64,000 nt of DNA from Glycera tridactyla (lineage: Eukaryota). The stretch's first letter is position 1. Every line of letters starts with the position of its first letter. The notes beneath the pieces were generated by a model, which saw only the letters and a program-made list of their open reading frames with translations, did no database searches and was not told where the DNA came from. The stretch is taken from positions 63,860,001 through 63,924,000 of the forward strand of contig OZ286473.1 in assembly GCA_965644265.1 (NCBI GenBank), in the 5' to 3' direction. Positions 36,291 to 49,800 of the stretch are shown here, one piece after another. The translations under genes and the position numbers were made by a program.

Positions 36291-38094
36291 GGACTGTGTC
36301 TGTATGATAGATAAAGCTGAGGATGGCAAGCAAGAGGACAAGAAGTTCTCTGATTTTGCGAGATGTGAGGGATCCACAGGCCGCTATTCCGCCAAATTCA
36401 TGAGATGGTACCCAGGAGAAGAGAATCGAATAAGGGAACCGAAAGAAAGATACTTGTACATATCACTGAAACGACTGCCAGTGTATATGGATCAGGTAAC
36501 TGCCCTTGGAATTTTTCTGACTGGAAGTTGATCTGTGAAATTCATGACCCAAGTAGCTGATATCTGTAAAAACGTGAAATAGTGTTCCTCCAGAGATTCT
36601 TGAAAAATTCAAAGAGCATCGGAACTTTCTGGAAGGAGCATCTGACGGACTGATCTTGTTCAGTATAACTTGTACTCAGAATCATGATGTTCATTCAATA
36701 CGGTCGTGTAGATTAATCCTGCCTACTTGTGCATGGTCAGCTTTATCATGTACTACGAAAAAGCCTTCTTTCATGCAGGTTTCTGCCGGATCAGGGTTTT
36801 CATTCTGAGAGTGAGCTTCATTTATTTCAAACGAATTCCCAGAATTTTCTCAATTGCCTAATATATTGGAGAGTGATATAGAATCAACCATTTTCAGAAT
36901 TACGATAACTTCTGACCGAATTATTTCATAGAGTAGTGTTCGAATTTCGGTTCATTCTCTGAGTACAATCAGGTAGTCAACTTTGAAATGTGTGAATAAT
37001 TCTGAGGTCATTGTACGATGCACGGTTCGGATGGAGGCCCAACTTCCATGTATTATGCTACGTAGATTTTTGTCAAATGGCTAAATGAGGAATTTATGTA
37101 TTGCATTTGTTTCAAAAAATTTACAGAGAATAACCGGCCAGGATTTGATTCATGTCATTATAGAGAACAGGAATATACAGAGAAGGCGCTGAAGCGACAG
37201 TTGTGGATTACAGCTATATTTGAGACCAAAGTATAGCAAATTATTACTTCCCATGCATCAATCATCCATCTTTCTCTCAGTTCCGATAAAACACATCCAA
37301 CGCTGACGTTTTAATGACGTCGATTAATCATAGGTGCTTCATTAATTATACCCAGCATATACTTCTTGTTCATTATGCGCTCTGTGCACATTGTGTTTCT
37401 ATGCACATCATGCGTAACTGATTACGGGTNNNNNNNNNNNNNNNNNNNNNNNNNNNNNNNNNNNNNNNNNNNNNNNNNNNNNNNNNNNNNNNNNNNNNNN
37501 NNNNNNNNNNNNNNNNNNNNNNNNNNNNNNNNNNNNNNNNNNNNNNNNNNNNNNNNNNNNNNNNNNNNNNNNNNNNNNNNNNNNNNNNNNNNNNNNNNNN
37601 NNNNNNNNNNNNNNNNNNNNNNNNNNNNNNNNNNNNNNNNNNNNNNNNNNNNNNNNNNNNNNNNNNNNNNNNNNNNNNNNNNNNNNNNNNNNNNNNNNNN
37701 NNNNNNNNNNNNNNNNNNNNNNNNNNNNNNNNNNNNNNNNNNNNNNNNNNNNNNNNNNNNNNNNNNNNNNNNNNNNNNNNNNNNNNNNNNNNNNNNNNNN
37801 NNNNNNNNNNNNNNNNNNNNNNNNNNNNNNNNNNNNNNNNNNNNNNNNNNNNNNNNNNNNNNNNNNNNNNNNNNNNNNNNNNNNNNNNNNNNNNNNNNNN
37901 NNNNNNNNNNNNNNNNNNNNNNNNNNNNNNNNNNNNNNNNNNNNNNNNNNNNNNNNNNNNNNNNNNNNNNNNNNNNNNNNNNNNNNNNNNNNNNNNNNNN
38001 NNNNNNNNNNNNNNNNNNNNNNNNNNNNNNNNNNNNNNNNNNNNNNNNNNNTGGACCGGGTCAGGCATATCGAAGGAGATGTGAAAGCAGAGAG

Positions 38095-38302
38095 GTGGTC
38101 TGATGGATGGTCGGAAGGACCGTGGAATGGACGTACGGTTGGGGTGATGAATGGTTGAATGGATGGATGGATGAATAGATCGATGGATGGATGAAGGGAT
38201 GGAAGAACAGACAGACTGATGGATGGACAGACGTGTGGATAGATGGACGGACAGATGGATGGTCCAATGGACAGATGACAGACATACAGACAGACAGACG
38301 GA
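38095..38302. repeat. (GATG/GACA/GACG)n degenerate tetranucleotide tract
   Basis: Direct reading. Confidence 0.85.
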
Positions 38303-41300
38303 TCCGTATAGGATCTGTATCTCAGCAGTATTGACATACATGTCCGAGATTGTCAAAATGCATAAAGGAGGATCAAGTAATAGGATTGTGACATAGATGC
38401 TTGTGATACCTTTCAAGGACATATTCGGATTCACAGAAGACTTAGGAAGTGAGATTCCATAAAATAAATCTTCCCAGAGAACAGCTAGTCTTTTGCGGTC
38501 AAATCCCTATCTGGCATCTCATTATCGTATATATGTGGAAAAGAATGATTAGTGAATCAAAAACTTCAATCAATGCAGTGGGTTGGTTGTCTATGTGAGT
38601 TCTGTTGCAGGGGATATTAGACAGTAGGTAATTTTCGATAGTTCATAGGGAGGGGTTATTTCACTGAGGCAGATGAGTGTTGGTCAATGTTCTGCCCCAC
38701 ATTATTGACCATCTGTCTCCAGCTAAGGGGATTGATATCCCTCGGCATCCTGCCCCATCACATATAAATCCTTTTGAATTATACAGGAATTAGTGCCCGA
38801 TCTATTCTGTATAAACCCATGAGGACTTTGTAGGAAAATTCACGTTTAGATATGCCATTGATAGATCTATGCAGATTAATTGGAGGCGCATATGGGTGTG
38901 TTTCAGAACTATCAGCTACTTCGAACTGACAACATTCATTATAGCTCATCATCTAGTGTTAGGGTGGATGGAAGACGTACGAGTAAACTGATATTGCTTC
39001 AGTTTGAAACTATCGACCCCTCTTTGGGCCGCCCATGGATTGCAAATATCTCACATGATTTTAGAATTTTTGGGGGATATCAGTGAGATATTGAAGACAA
39101 GTTGTGGTACAGTTCCTGGCAGCAGGAACGACCGGTATCGCCCAAGTCCAATGTTCTTGTTTGAGGCATCTCAAGGTACATTCTTCTACTACCATGGAGA
39201 GCAAGTTATGCAAGAGACCGGAGCAGCACTACTTCCACCAAGGTCTCAAACACCCATAAAAGTTGCCCCATGATATATACACCACTGGTTGTATTCAGGG
39301 GTGGTCTATGCTCACACAGGACAGCTTTTTTGGTCAATGCCTATAATGATCTCTATATCAGTGGATCGCCATATATCTCTTCAAAATAGCACAGCTCATC
39401 GTAAAAATGAACGAATCATAATGATTGTGATGATGGTATAGATGTACAGCAGCAGCTCCTGCTCGAATGCGCTCAACAGAAATGTCAAACTTCATAATCT
39501 CTCCCCGACAGAACCTTGATCATGAATTGATTGTCATATAGATACCGCCAATCATTATAATGATGAAACTGTCATGAATGGCCTACTTTACTGCACAAAT
39601 GAAATCACCAAGAAGAATAATAAAGAGGAATATATCGATATATCTTTCTTCGTCATGCAGGATGGCATATGATAATAAGTAGGGTAACAAACGGGGCATG
39701 ACTGATGATGTTGGAAGAGCGTAAGTAGTCTCAGAATATTAGTATAACATGAGTCACGTGATTCCCTCAGCGCATGCGCGTCTGATTACAAGTGCCTTCC
39801 ACCAACAACTCGTGCATACATCAGCAAAGCCCCTTAGGGTGTGTATTGTTTGAGTACAGCATATGTCTCACCCACTCGGGATTGGAACACTTTGTAGTGA
39901 TAACCACTAGGGAAATGATTGGATTGACCAAATCTCACTTTGGGTTAATCCAATCAGAATTTTGAATGGTTATGCTGACTGTCATTCAAGCACAGTGTCA
40001 CCTTCTCTTGACTCAGTACATCAATTATCCATATACACAATATTGTAATTAGGTCGGTTGCCTTATGCCAATTGCTATAGTGTAGTCAAGAAGTCAATAT
40101 CTCGAGGCGATGGTGTCATGCTCTAGGCTATAGTCGATTCCACTTTTCCAGTGACCTCTGATTTTCAGAAATATCTTTTTTGCAGTGGCTACGATGAACT
40201 CATGAGTAACAATGTATGGAAACATCTCCCCATGATGGTGCCCTGGATAACCTCACATTCATCATCATCATNNNNNNNNNNNNNNNNNNNNNNNNNNNNN
40301 NNNNNNNNNNNNNNNNNNNNNNNNNNNNNNNNNNNNNNNNNNNNNNNNNNNNNNNNNNNNNNNNNNNNNNNNNNNNNNNNNNNNNNNNNNNNNNNNNNNN
40401 NNAATATGCAACAATGAAGATTCTTTTAAAATGGATTAGATTATGTTTCTATCCAGTGTGATCTTTGCACTCTCTGTGGTTTCATGCCATGCTAGGATTA
40501 TAATCCACTTGATTAGCAGAAAGTAGGGCACTGAAGGAAGTAGACTACATGAATAAAATGATGATAAGGACATTGGCAACCATTGCTAGAGATCAGCATC
40601 TGAGGGGAAGCCATCATGCGATGGTCTCAGAGGGATGGTATTCTTGTTAACACATCCGGGAACAAGAACTGGTGATTTTGCACCAGATGACCCGCCCGAT
40701 AACAACAAAGGAGGGGAAGGGAAAGCAAGGAAAAATCCCGCTGTAGAGCCTCAAATCATGCTAGAACGAAGAAACGATGTCAGTGAGTTTTTGAGTTTCG
40801 ACATATTTCAATGGCTCTGCGGGGAACCTTTTTCACTAGATAATGACATTTTTGAAATGAAAATGAAAACATTCCGAGCCAAACAAAATGAACATGGGCG
40901 ATCTTTGATGAGCATGTGCAGCACTGGACAAATATTTCCGAGAATGACATCTCCCAAACAGTTCAATCTGCCCCCATATTTCCTGTCAAGAATGGTCCTG
41001 AATAGGCGCAGGGGCATTCCCACAAGACGAACATAATGTCAGTATCCAGCAAAAATGGGATAATTGCTTCTGCATAATACATGGGTAGCATAGTAGGTCG
41101 GACCACGTGTCTAACAACAGGCCAAACAAAAACTTCACTTAAACCCCTCCCTTCCCGATCAATACTTAATAGTCTGGCAGTGGGCTGGGTAATCTGCCCA
41201 CGTACCCATTCTCGACGGAATTTGTCATTTCTTGAAAAAAAATCAGAGCATAAAGTTTTTATGATTCACTGGTGTTTGAAGTATCTCGAATCCAGCGTCT

Positions 41301-44300
41301 GATCACAGGATACTGACGGAATGGATACATCGTCAATGCATATCCTCAGACAATACATGATAGAGTGAAGTTTAATGCATATTGAATCATGATATACTGT
41401 CTGAATAGGTCATTTCCAGCATATATCAAATATACAAAACTTGGTTTTGATTGGGGATTGAGTGTTGTCTTCTCAACACAATCAGACAACAATATGACAG
41501 CACTTTGGTCAGAATATGTCACTGATGTATGGTTTGAAAACCTTTCTTCTCTTGAGAAGCGAAAAGGACATTCTAGCTGAAGGGAATCCCATAATCTCAT
41601 ATGAGCTTTCGGTTCACCGCATGATATGGTTGATATATCTCACATTGTGCACTGAGACATGTATACATCTACTCATTTTTTTACTCTCTACTATATGTTG
41701 ATTGATTCAGGTGGGTCATTTTCTCATACTTTGCTATGAGGCAAATCATAAGACAGTCATGCATTCTTCGCCACATGATGAATTTGTTGGAGGAGGATAC
41801 AAGATGAATATTTCGAATGCATGCAGCATTGATACTGAAGCATCGACTTCTGATGAACCAGGGGGATACATCAGTAACATGGACAAGGGGACGCTGTCTA
41901 TAACGTCATATTTTCCTCTCTGAGTGGGCAAGGAGCCAGTGTATACATGCAGAGAGAGCCTACAAGCATTGTGGTTGCTGATGCTGTGTATTAGAACTGG
42001 GTTGATGACACCCGGGAGACGGTTGGCCTATTCATTGCCATCAAGCAGCGATCAGCAACAAGGAGATGGACATTAATTATGACAGATTGCAAGAGGGAGA
42101 GAGAGGGAGATGATGAGCGAGGAGGTGAAGAAGGAGTGAGCAGAAGGCTAAAGGGAAAAAAAGGAAGCTGGAGATGATGGGTAAGGAAGAAGAAGTAGAG
42201 GTAGAGGGACAAGCTGACTGACAATCAATTGGATAGAGAAATGGACATCTATCTGGACAGAAAAAAGAGATGAAGTTACATGTGTGATTTAGAGGCCTGT
42301 TAGGCGTCTGTCTTGTCAAGACCGGGCAAAATCGTCATCTACCCTTCACAGAGTGCAACATCTGAATCCAATCAGGCAACCTAGATGGGAGAGGTGGAGA
42401 GATTTACCAACCGATAGATAGATGGATAGATGGATGAATAGATGGATGGATGGATGGATGGATGGATTGATTGATGGATTGATGCATGAATGGATTGGTG
42501 GATGAATAGATGAATAGATGAAATTGATGGATTGATTGATGGATGGATGGATGGATGGATGGATGAAGACAGGTAGACAAGTGGACTGGGGAAGGAGGGT
42601 GGGGGCTGAGAAGGAGGGGGACGCAAAATTAGTAAAGAGAAAGATGAGGTCAAAGCAGTTAGAGGTAAATGATGCAGAGGGACAGTGAAAGCAAAAGACG
42701 AAGCAGAAGAGTGAGTTTGGGGGAAAGAAGGAGAGAGAACAAGGAACGGGAAGAAAAGAGAGAGAGCTTAGCCAGATACATTTGCCGTAGATATCGAATT
42801 ATAGATATCCCTCATCTCTATCACTGATAAGCTTATACTGCGGTTTCTAAGTGGGCGAACGAGCTTCTTCAATTCATGAACACATGTAATTTAGCAGAAA
42901 GTCGCAATCTTTCCTGAACTGAAGGTGCTTTTCAGCATTGCTTATTGGTTTCTAGTGTTCCTGTATCATGAATTAGATTGAATTCGATTCCGCTGAAATG
43001 GACCCTCCATTATCTCTGCCAGGCAGAGCTCGCCTCTCCCTCCATAGCATGAGATGCTATCATCAAATTTCATGTCTTGTGACATCGACCCAGCGTCCAC
43101 ACAAGTCTTCTGCTTTCAATCATCAAAGTAGTGACATCTGATTGATGTCTTAATCAGTGAGGATTCAGCCCAACTCCGCTGTGAGATGGTTTGACAAGAA
43201 TATCCACTAAGAAGAGTAGCTCTAGTCACTCTATATTGCCTATCAGGCAGTTTTGTTACGTGACTTATATTTCGTGTAATGGAAGAATGAGATCTGGAAA
43301 TGAAGAGGTTTTCTCATGGTGTGATGAAGGTCACTTTTGCAAATAAGCTGTTTGCGTGGTCTCCAAGAAAAGTTTCTGCCACTTGAGCTCGGAATATGAG
43401 TTATTCAACATAGAGACATCGCATTGTATTGTATTGTATTGTATCACAACGAACATAAGAATAGAAAAACCATCCAAAATAGAAGATATAATCGAGGTGA
43501 TATCTGAAACTATGTCAAATATAGTCTTGTCGATAACATATTCATTAATCTGTGAGAAGCGAATTTTATAGCTGAAAGCAAAGGGAGCATATTTACAGTC
43601 TTGAAAAACAAATGGACCGGGGAAATATGAAAAGTTGTTGTTTACTGGAAACGGATGGCATTATTTTTTCAGCATTGATAGCAGAGCAATACGACATACA
43701 GAAGATTGCTTAAACCCAATTAGATGATTTGACTGCAAATGACACTTCATCAATCTGTTTTTTAGAACAGCTATCCTGGGCTCTGTAAAGGCATATTGAT
43801 CAGCTGAGAAGTCACCAGGGGGCGATGTTGTTGTTTTAACTGAACGTATATAGCTACAGAAAGTCAATGATACAACTGGTTCCGATAATAGCCTCAGCAC
43901 TGAACATGGTTAGGGTATTTTCTGACTCCACTACCAATCTGGGATTTTTTTGGAGTTGTGATTGTTATCATTCGTGATAACCAGTGAATACACCAGTATC
44001 CGAGAGGCGGAGAATCCATGGGACTCAGTCGAAAATGTTCTGTCACCAGAATCATGGATTGAACCCAGAATCATTGCTTTAATTCATTATTACTATCACA
44101 ACATGGTGACTACAGATCCTAACATGAATCAATATCTCCGTTTGTATATCATAGCTCATCTATATGGGCCTGGAGGCCTAGTTTATCTCGCCGGCTTCCT
44201 TCAAGACCTTTCGATCTGGTTCTGGGGGAACTACACGTGATCCAAAAATACGTTGGACTCAATGTTACCTACATTGTAAGTCAATCCGCTGGCCTTTTTG

Positions 44301-44729
44301 ACCCAAGGGAAACATTCTGCCTGAAAAGTTTTACAGAGATGACAATTGGTAGAGAACATAACTGAGTTGGAGTTTATGTCTGGTTCAACAGTGATGTATA
44401 TCCATCCAGTTGCAAGTGATAAGAAATCATGTAATATGAATTCATAGATTGTCAGACTACACAAAAAAGTCATCAAAGGAAAGTACATTTTGTGAGATCG
44501 AGAAAAGGGGGGATCAAGGAAGGAATAAGGAGAAGGAGAAGAAGAGAAAGAATAAGCAGGAGTAGAAGTTGGTTAAGCAGAAGAGAGAGAAGAAAGAGAG
44601 GACGGAGAAGAAGGAGAAGAAGAAGAAGAAGAAGAATGCATGGACTGAATGTGAATTTTATTCCTGACATGTAGCTACTACTCTATACGCCTCTTGGATA
44701 GAGGAAGTGATGATGACGATGATGATGAC

Positions 44730-44775
<46 letters not shown>

Positions 44776-45394
44776 GCATTCATGCTGAATGACAGTAGAC
44801 CCTCTGGACATTTCAATGATAATGAGAATGATTATATTGATTTCCTCGTGGATATGGGGTGCCTACCAATATCATCCAGCTAGGCAGGCATACAATCAGG
44901 CATATAATCAGGCCAGGTAGCTGACAATCACATGGTTGATTGAAACTTGTACTACTACCCTGCAGGCCTATGAGAGACAACAGGCAAACAGTCAAAAGTA
45001 ATATTGCCTAGTTTCTGCCACTTGACAGTGAACAAGGATGACGTCTGAGTCTGGTTAGGCTAGCATTCAATCAGGCTAAGGTGTTGACAATCACACGGGA
45101 AATTAGAGCTGGTAGTACAACCTTGCCGACAAGCACGCGTCTAGACGCCAAATGTCAACAGCAATATTGGTTCACTTCACCAACACAAACCTTTTCTCAC
45201 TGACAAAAGTTTGCAGCCCTTGTCATCATCACGTTCCCGACATTGAATGCAGAGTACATCTTGAATGAAATGCTTGGTCTGATCGGATTCTTTATCATGG
45301 TTGTATGATGAAATCACTAGGTCCCTGTCTGCTACCAGGAGTTATGCCTATAAGACGATTGATTGATCATCATCATCATCTTCATAATCATCAC

Positions 45395-45448
<54 letters not shown>

Positions 45449-46892
45449 AATCATCATCATCTTCAGTAGCTGTAGCGAAATGATAGGCAATCAAATGGCG
45501 TTCCAGAAATGATGGATCATTTCTTCAATTACAACAATAGGAAGACCTATCTAAGCAACGACTCTTTGCCATACGGCTCGGCCATGAGGATGAATCAATA
45601 TTTGTATAACAACAGGAAATAGCACTTTTTCAGCAACTGATCATCAATCCCTATTTTCAGGTGGCCGGCCATTCATTTTTACAGATTGATTACAATGATG
45701 ATCGATCTTCAATCTGTTCTCCAAAAGATATGGCACATAGATATCGAGACAGAATGGAGGGGAAGGCACTGGCTTCGCCAGTATAATCGTAATTCTTCAG
45801 CAACAGATTAACACCCTGTCATCTGATTTGCATACCACTTCCTTTTAAATTGATCCCATCTTAGACACCTTCCTCCATGATTTCATCATCACATATATCC
45901 TACCGCATCAACTCATATCATACCACTCTCACATCAACTGATATCATACCAATTTTCACAGGTTTCTCTTGCATGAGCGGCTGGGGCCTAACCGTGTGCA
46001 CTCTCATGCCCGATAAAGTTCTCACCACCTTTCTCTTCATCTTTGCCTCGTCGTCAGTGATCTTCCATTTATATATTTCGAAGGTTCATATCAATGACTA
46101 GTGTTCACTCGGATCGTAAAATGGGTCATTTGAAAAAAAGTAGAGATAACAGACAATTCGATGGCTTTGCTGATATGATAGATTCATCTCTGTAAGGCAA
46201 CATTGGAGAGGAATTCCACAGCTACTTATCACCCTTTTCACTCGGTGATCATTCATCGATTTATGTTAAGGGTTCAACAAACATAATGACTAATGTTCAC
46301 TCTCATTTCAAAGTGATATATTTCGTAAGGATCCAGACAAAATGCCAGGCACTAATGTCACTTGGCCAAAAGTATCGATTCATCCTAGCATGAGAACAAT
46401 ACACAATTTAGCATATGTCCCTCAATGGGGGTATACAATGTCTTTGTGAGTATGATTGATCCATCCTCGAATCACAAAAATGAATGGTGCTTTAACAACG
46501 AATCATCTACCATGTTCTTCAGTGAACAGACATGTTTCAGGTCAGAAGAAGGGCAAGATAATGAACAATACTATGAACTTCCCAATATGATATGCATGCT
46601 CATTGTATCGTAACCGAAAAGTCTTTCTTCTATGACAATCTATCATATATTTTCTTTAGTGATCCATCACAAACTTACATGCTTTTTCAAGAATGAGTGA
46701 TGCTCACTCTGATATAACAACTAATATATTTGGTCATCAAGGCTGAAAAGGAAGGCTCAAGACATAAGATTGGGGTTGACAGAGGTGAAGGTTTGAATCC
46801 TATATATCTTGAATATATATTGAAACTTTGATGACTCGACCTGGAGAGGTCAAAGCACATGGTGCTAAGTCAAGATCTTACTAATTCCATCA

Positions 46893-49800
46893 TAGTCCGG
46901 GAGCCACATGTCTCTAAGTGCTCAAAAATGGGTTTTCGCCTACTTGGCGAGGTACCTGAGGTTTGACGCTCATTTATAGTGTAAAACTATCTCCTGAATC
47001 AGGATTTGAGGTGTGTATTGTAAAAAGACCTGGCGAACACATTCATTTTTTATGATGAATACACGTCTCCCCCAAAAAATAGGCAAAATATCATATTTTC
47101 ATATTATCCACCATCCAAGCCCAGGACACAGACAAAGCTGCTAATTTTGAATGCCATTTGCTCCTAGCATATGTATTCAACTGCAGGATGAATAAAAATC
47201 TCTTCAAACAGAAAATAGGTAGAATATACCAAAAATAGTGTGATTTTTGGCATTTTTTTGTGATATCTCGCATGTTTTATGGTGCTATTCAGCAGTTTTC
47301 ATGGATAGAGTCAAGATTATTCGTGGATGTGTTCTGTGGAATGTACCAATCATGATTCTACTGCAGAATGTTGTTCACATTGTGAGAAAAAATTATGTCA
47401 ATTTTTTCTTTATTGTGATGACGCAGACCTAACTCTCATTTCTGAGCAATACATATATTCCAGCAGCAACTGACTATTCATGGCCCATGTCCTACTTTTT
47501 ATTTTGGGACAGGAGGAGACCTAGCAAGAACCTTCACAAAAGAATAATTTACCAAGTTTTATTTGCAGGTAAATGATCAGGTATTATAGGAAGACCAGAT
47601 GTATGATGACAGGGGCGCCAGTAGGATTGCGAGTGAGTCTGATCACCCATCCAATCTCCACAGGATTCTTGAAGTCAACTGTGTTGTTCTCATCTGATCA
47701 ATATTTTTTCTGTATGTTTTCAGTTGTGCTGAATTGAAAATTGACAGAATCTATGTACAGCTAGATTAAGAACCATGGCATCTCTGTTCCCAAGTCCTAA
47801 GAAGAAAGTGACAGTAGTCACAGACTATAGTCGTTGCATCAAGTGCCAGATACACCAAAGGGATACAAGTGAAGAACTGCACAATGTTTCCCATGCTAGC
47901 TACAGAACACTTGTAACTGTCCTGAATGCTCGAAATGATGATACATCAAAGAGACTGCAGGCAGATATCCAGTCAGAAGATAAATTTTTCAGAAAGCATC
48001 CAAAGTGGCACAATTCTTGTCGTGGTACCTGGACTACCAAGTCAAATTCTAATGCAGGTGAACAACAAAGATCATCAGATCAATGTAGATTAACAAGGAG
48101 CCAAAGTTATGAATTTGATTTTAAATGTATGTGTATTTTGTGTGGTGCAGAAAAATTACCTGGAAAGAAGAAACATGAGCGTCTCTCGAGGGTTGAGACT
48201 ACATCAGTCCAAAAAACGATTTTTGATAATGTGGTGCAATGTGATGATCAGAAGGTCCGGACAAGAATCATTTCTGATAATGATTGCTCCATTGACATGA
48301 TTGCAGTTGAGGCAAGATATCACAAAACATGTTATTTGAATCTGATGAAAAAGTCAAAGACCAAAGACTCATCGAAAGATGTCAGTGAGTTCGATGCAGC
48401 ATTTGAAATGTTAATAAGTGAGATAGAGGACTCATTATATGCAGGTAAACTGTATCACTTGACATCTGTGACTGACTTATATAGAAATCATTTAGTTACT
48501 GTTGGAATGGATGAAGGTAGGGCATCAATATATCGCAATGATAACATGAAGAAAAGACTTCAGAGTTATTTTGGTGACAGCATATCATTCATCCCTCAAT
48601 CTGGGCGATCTTCGGATATTATTTGCCATGCCAAAATGTCTGCAGCCAATCTCATAAAATCCTGGACTGAACTCCGATGTGATGTTGATGAGAATTATGT
48701 CAGATTAGAGAGTGATAATGCTGCTTATGATGAATCTTTTGGTGATTGTAGTGATGAGTTTGATGCAAAGATGACTTATAGATTCGCCCGAAAACTCAAA
48801 TCTGACATTAAACAAATGAAGGCAACTTTCCAAAGGACAGATATACAATCATTTGATGTATCATATGAACAAGCATTTGCCATGGTTCCAGCAAGTCTGT
48901 ATAATCTGATTGTATGTATGTTGTCAGATGTGTCTTGTGATCAAATAGGTGATAATGGGTGCATTGCCACTGAGCAAAGTCTTCATGAACGAGTGCTCAA
49001 CCTTGCGCAGATTCTAGTGTATTCCATTTCAGGCTTACATACACCTGAACAGATTGGCTTAGCAGTATATGTCTTCCACAAAACCAGAAGTAAAGATGTC
49101 ATAACAATGCCTAATCGGGCAGGCCTCTGTATCAGCTATGATGAGTTACAAAGGGTTCTCTGAACTGTTGCATTGGAAGTCAGTGAGCAGATTGATGATG
49201 AAAAAGTGTTTATCCCTCCAAATATAGTGCCAGGACCATTTACCCAGTTTGCAATTGATAATCTGGACTTTTCTGAGTGCACACTTGAAGGAAGCAGTAT
49301 GCATGTTACAAGTATGGTAATGTTCCAGACAGAAACACTGACAGGAGGGTCACTTGGCAATGTACCTCTGAAGTTAAGCCGTAAGTGCAGCCTTCGTGGA
49401 TCATCATGCGCCCTCTCTCTCACATCAGGGGAGCAAATGCGAGAAGTAAAGAAGGTAAAGCGCCAAGTGATTCCAGGAAAGAATACCGACATGAGTAAGA
49501 TTCTTCAAAGATATGTGCCTGAAACACCAAATATGAATCTATGCTGGAACTTGCTCCGCTTATGTCCAACTAAACTTCTTGAGGTGGAAGTTGACTGTCC
49601 TGGGTGGAAGACATTTCAGGCATCTCTGAAACCCAAGCATAGTCCAGTCACTACAATTGGATACTGTCCCTTTCTGCCGGCATCCCCAACCAACCCTGCA
49701 GTTGTAGAGGAGGCACTGAAGATATGCATGGGTGCAAGCAAGAAACTTGGAATGACCCATACTGTCGTGACACAGGATGAAGCAATATATGAGATCAGCT

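Noticed and set aside
33841-38434. Long ORFs in the track spanning N-runs and low-complexity poly-S/R/L/I or HPSI ORFs (also near 3061-3522, 22748-23541, 62020-62987)
   Set aside because: These are artefacts of N gaps and microsatellites, not coding sequence.
40635-41270. 133-aa plus-strand ORF and an overlapping ~100-codon minus-strand open frame as host exons
   Set aside because: No recognisable domain or clear splice signals, and open frames of this length are expected by chance in 64 kb.
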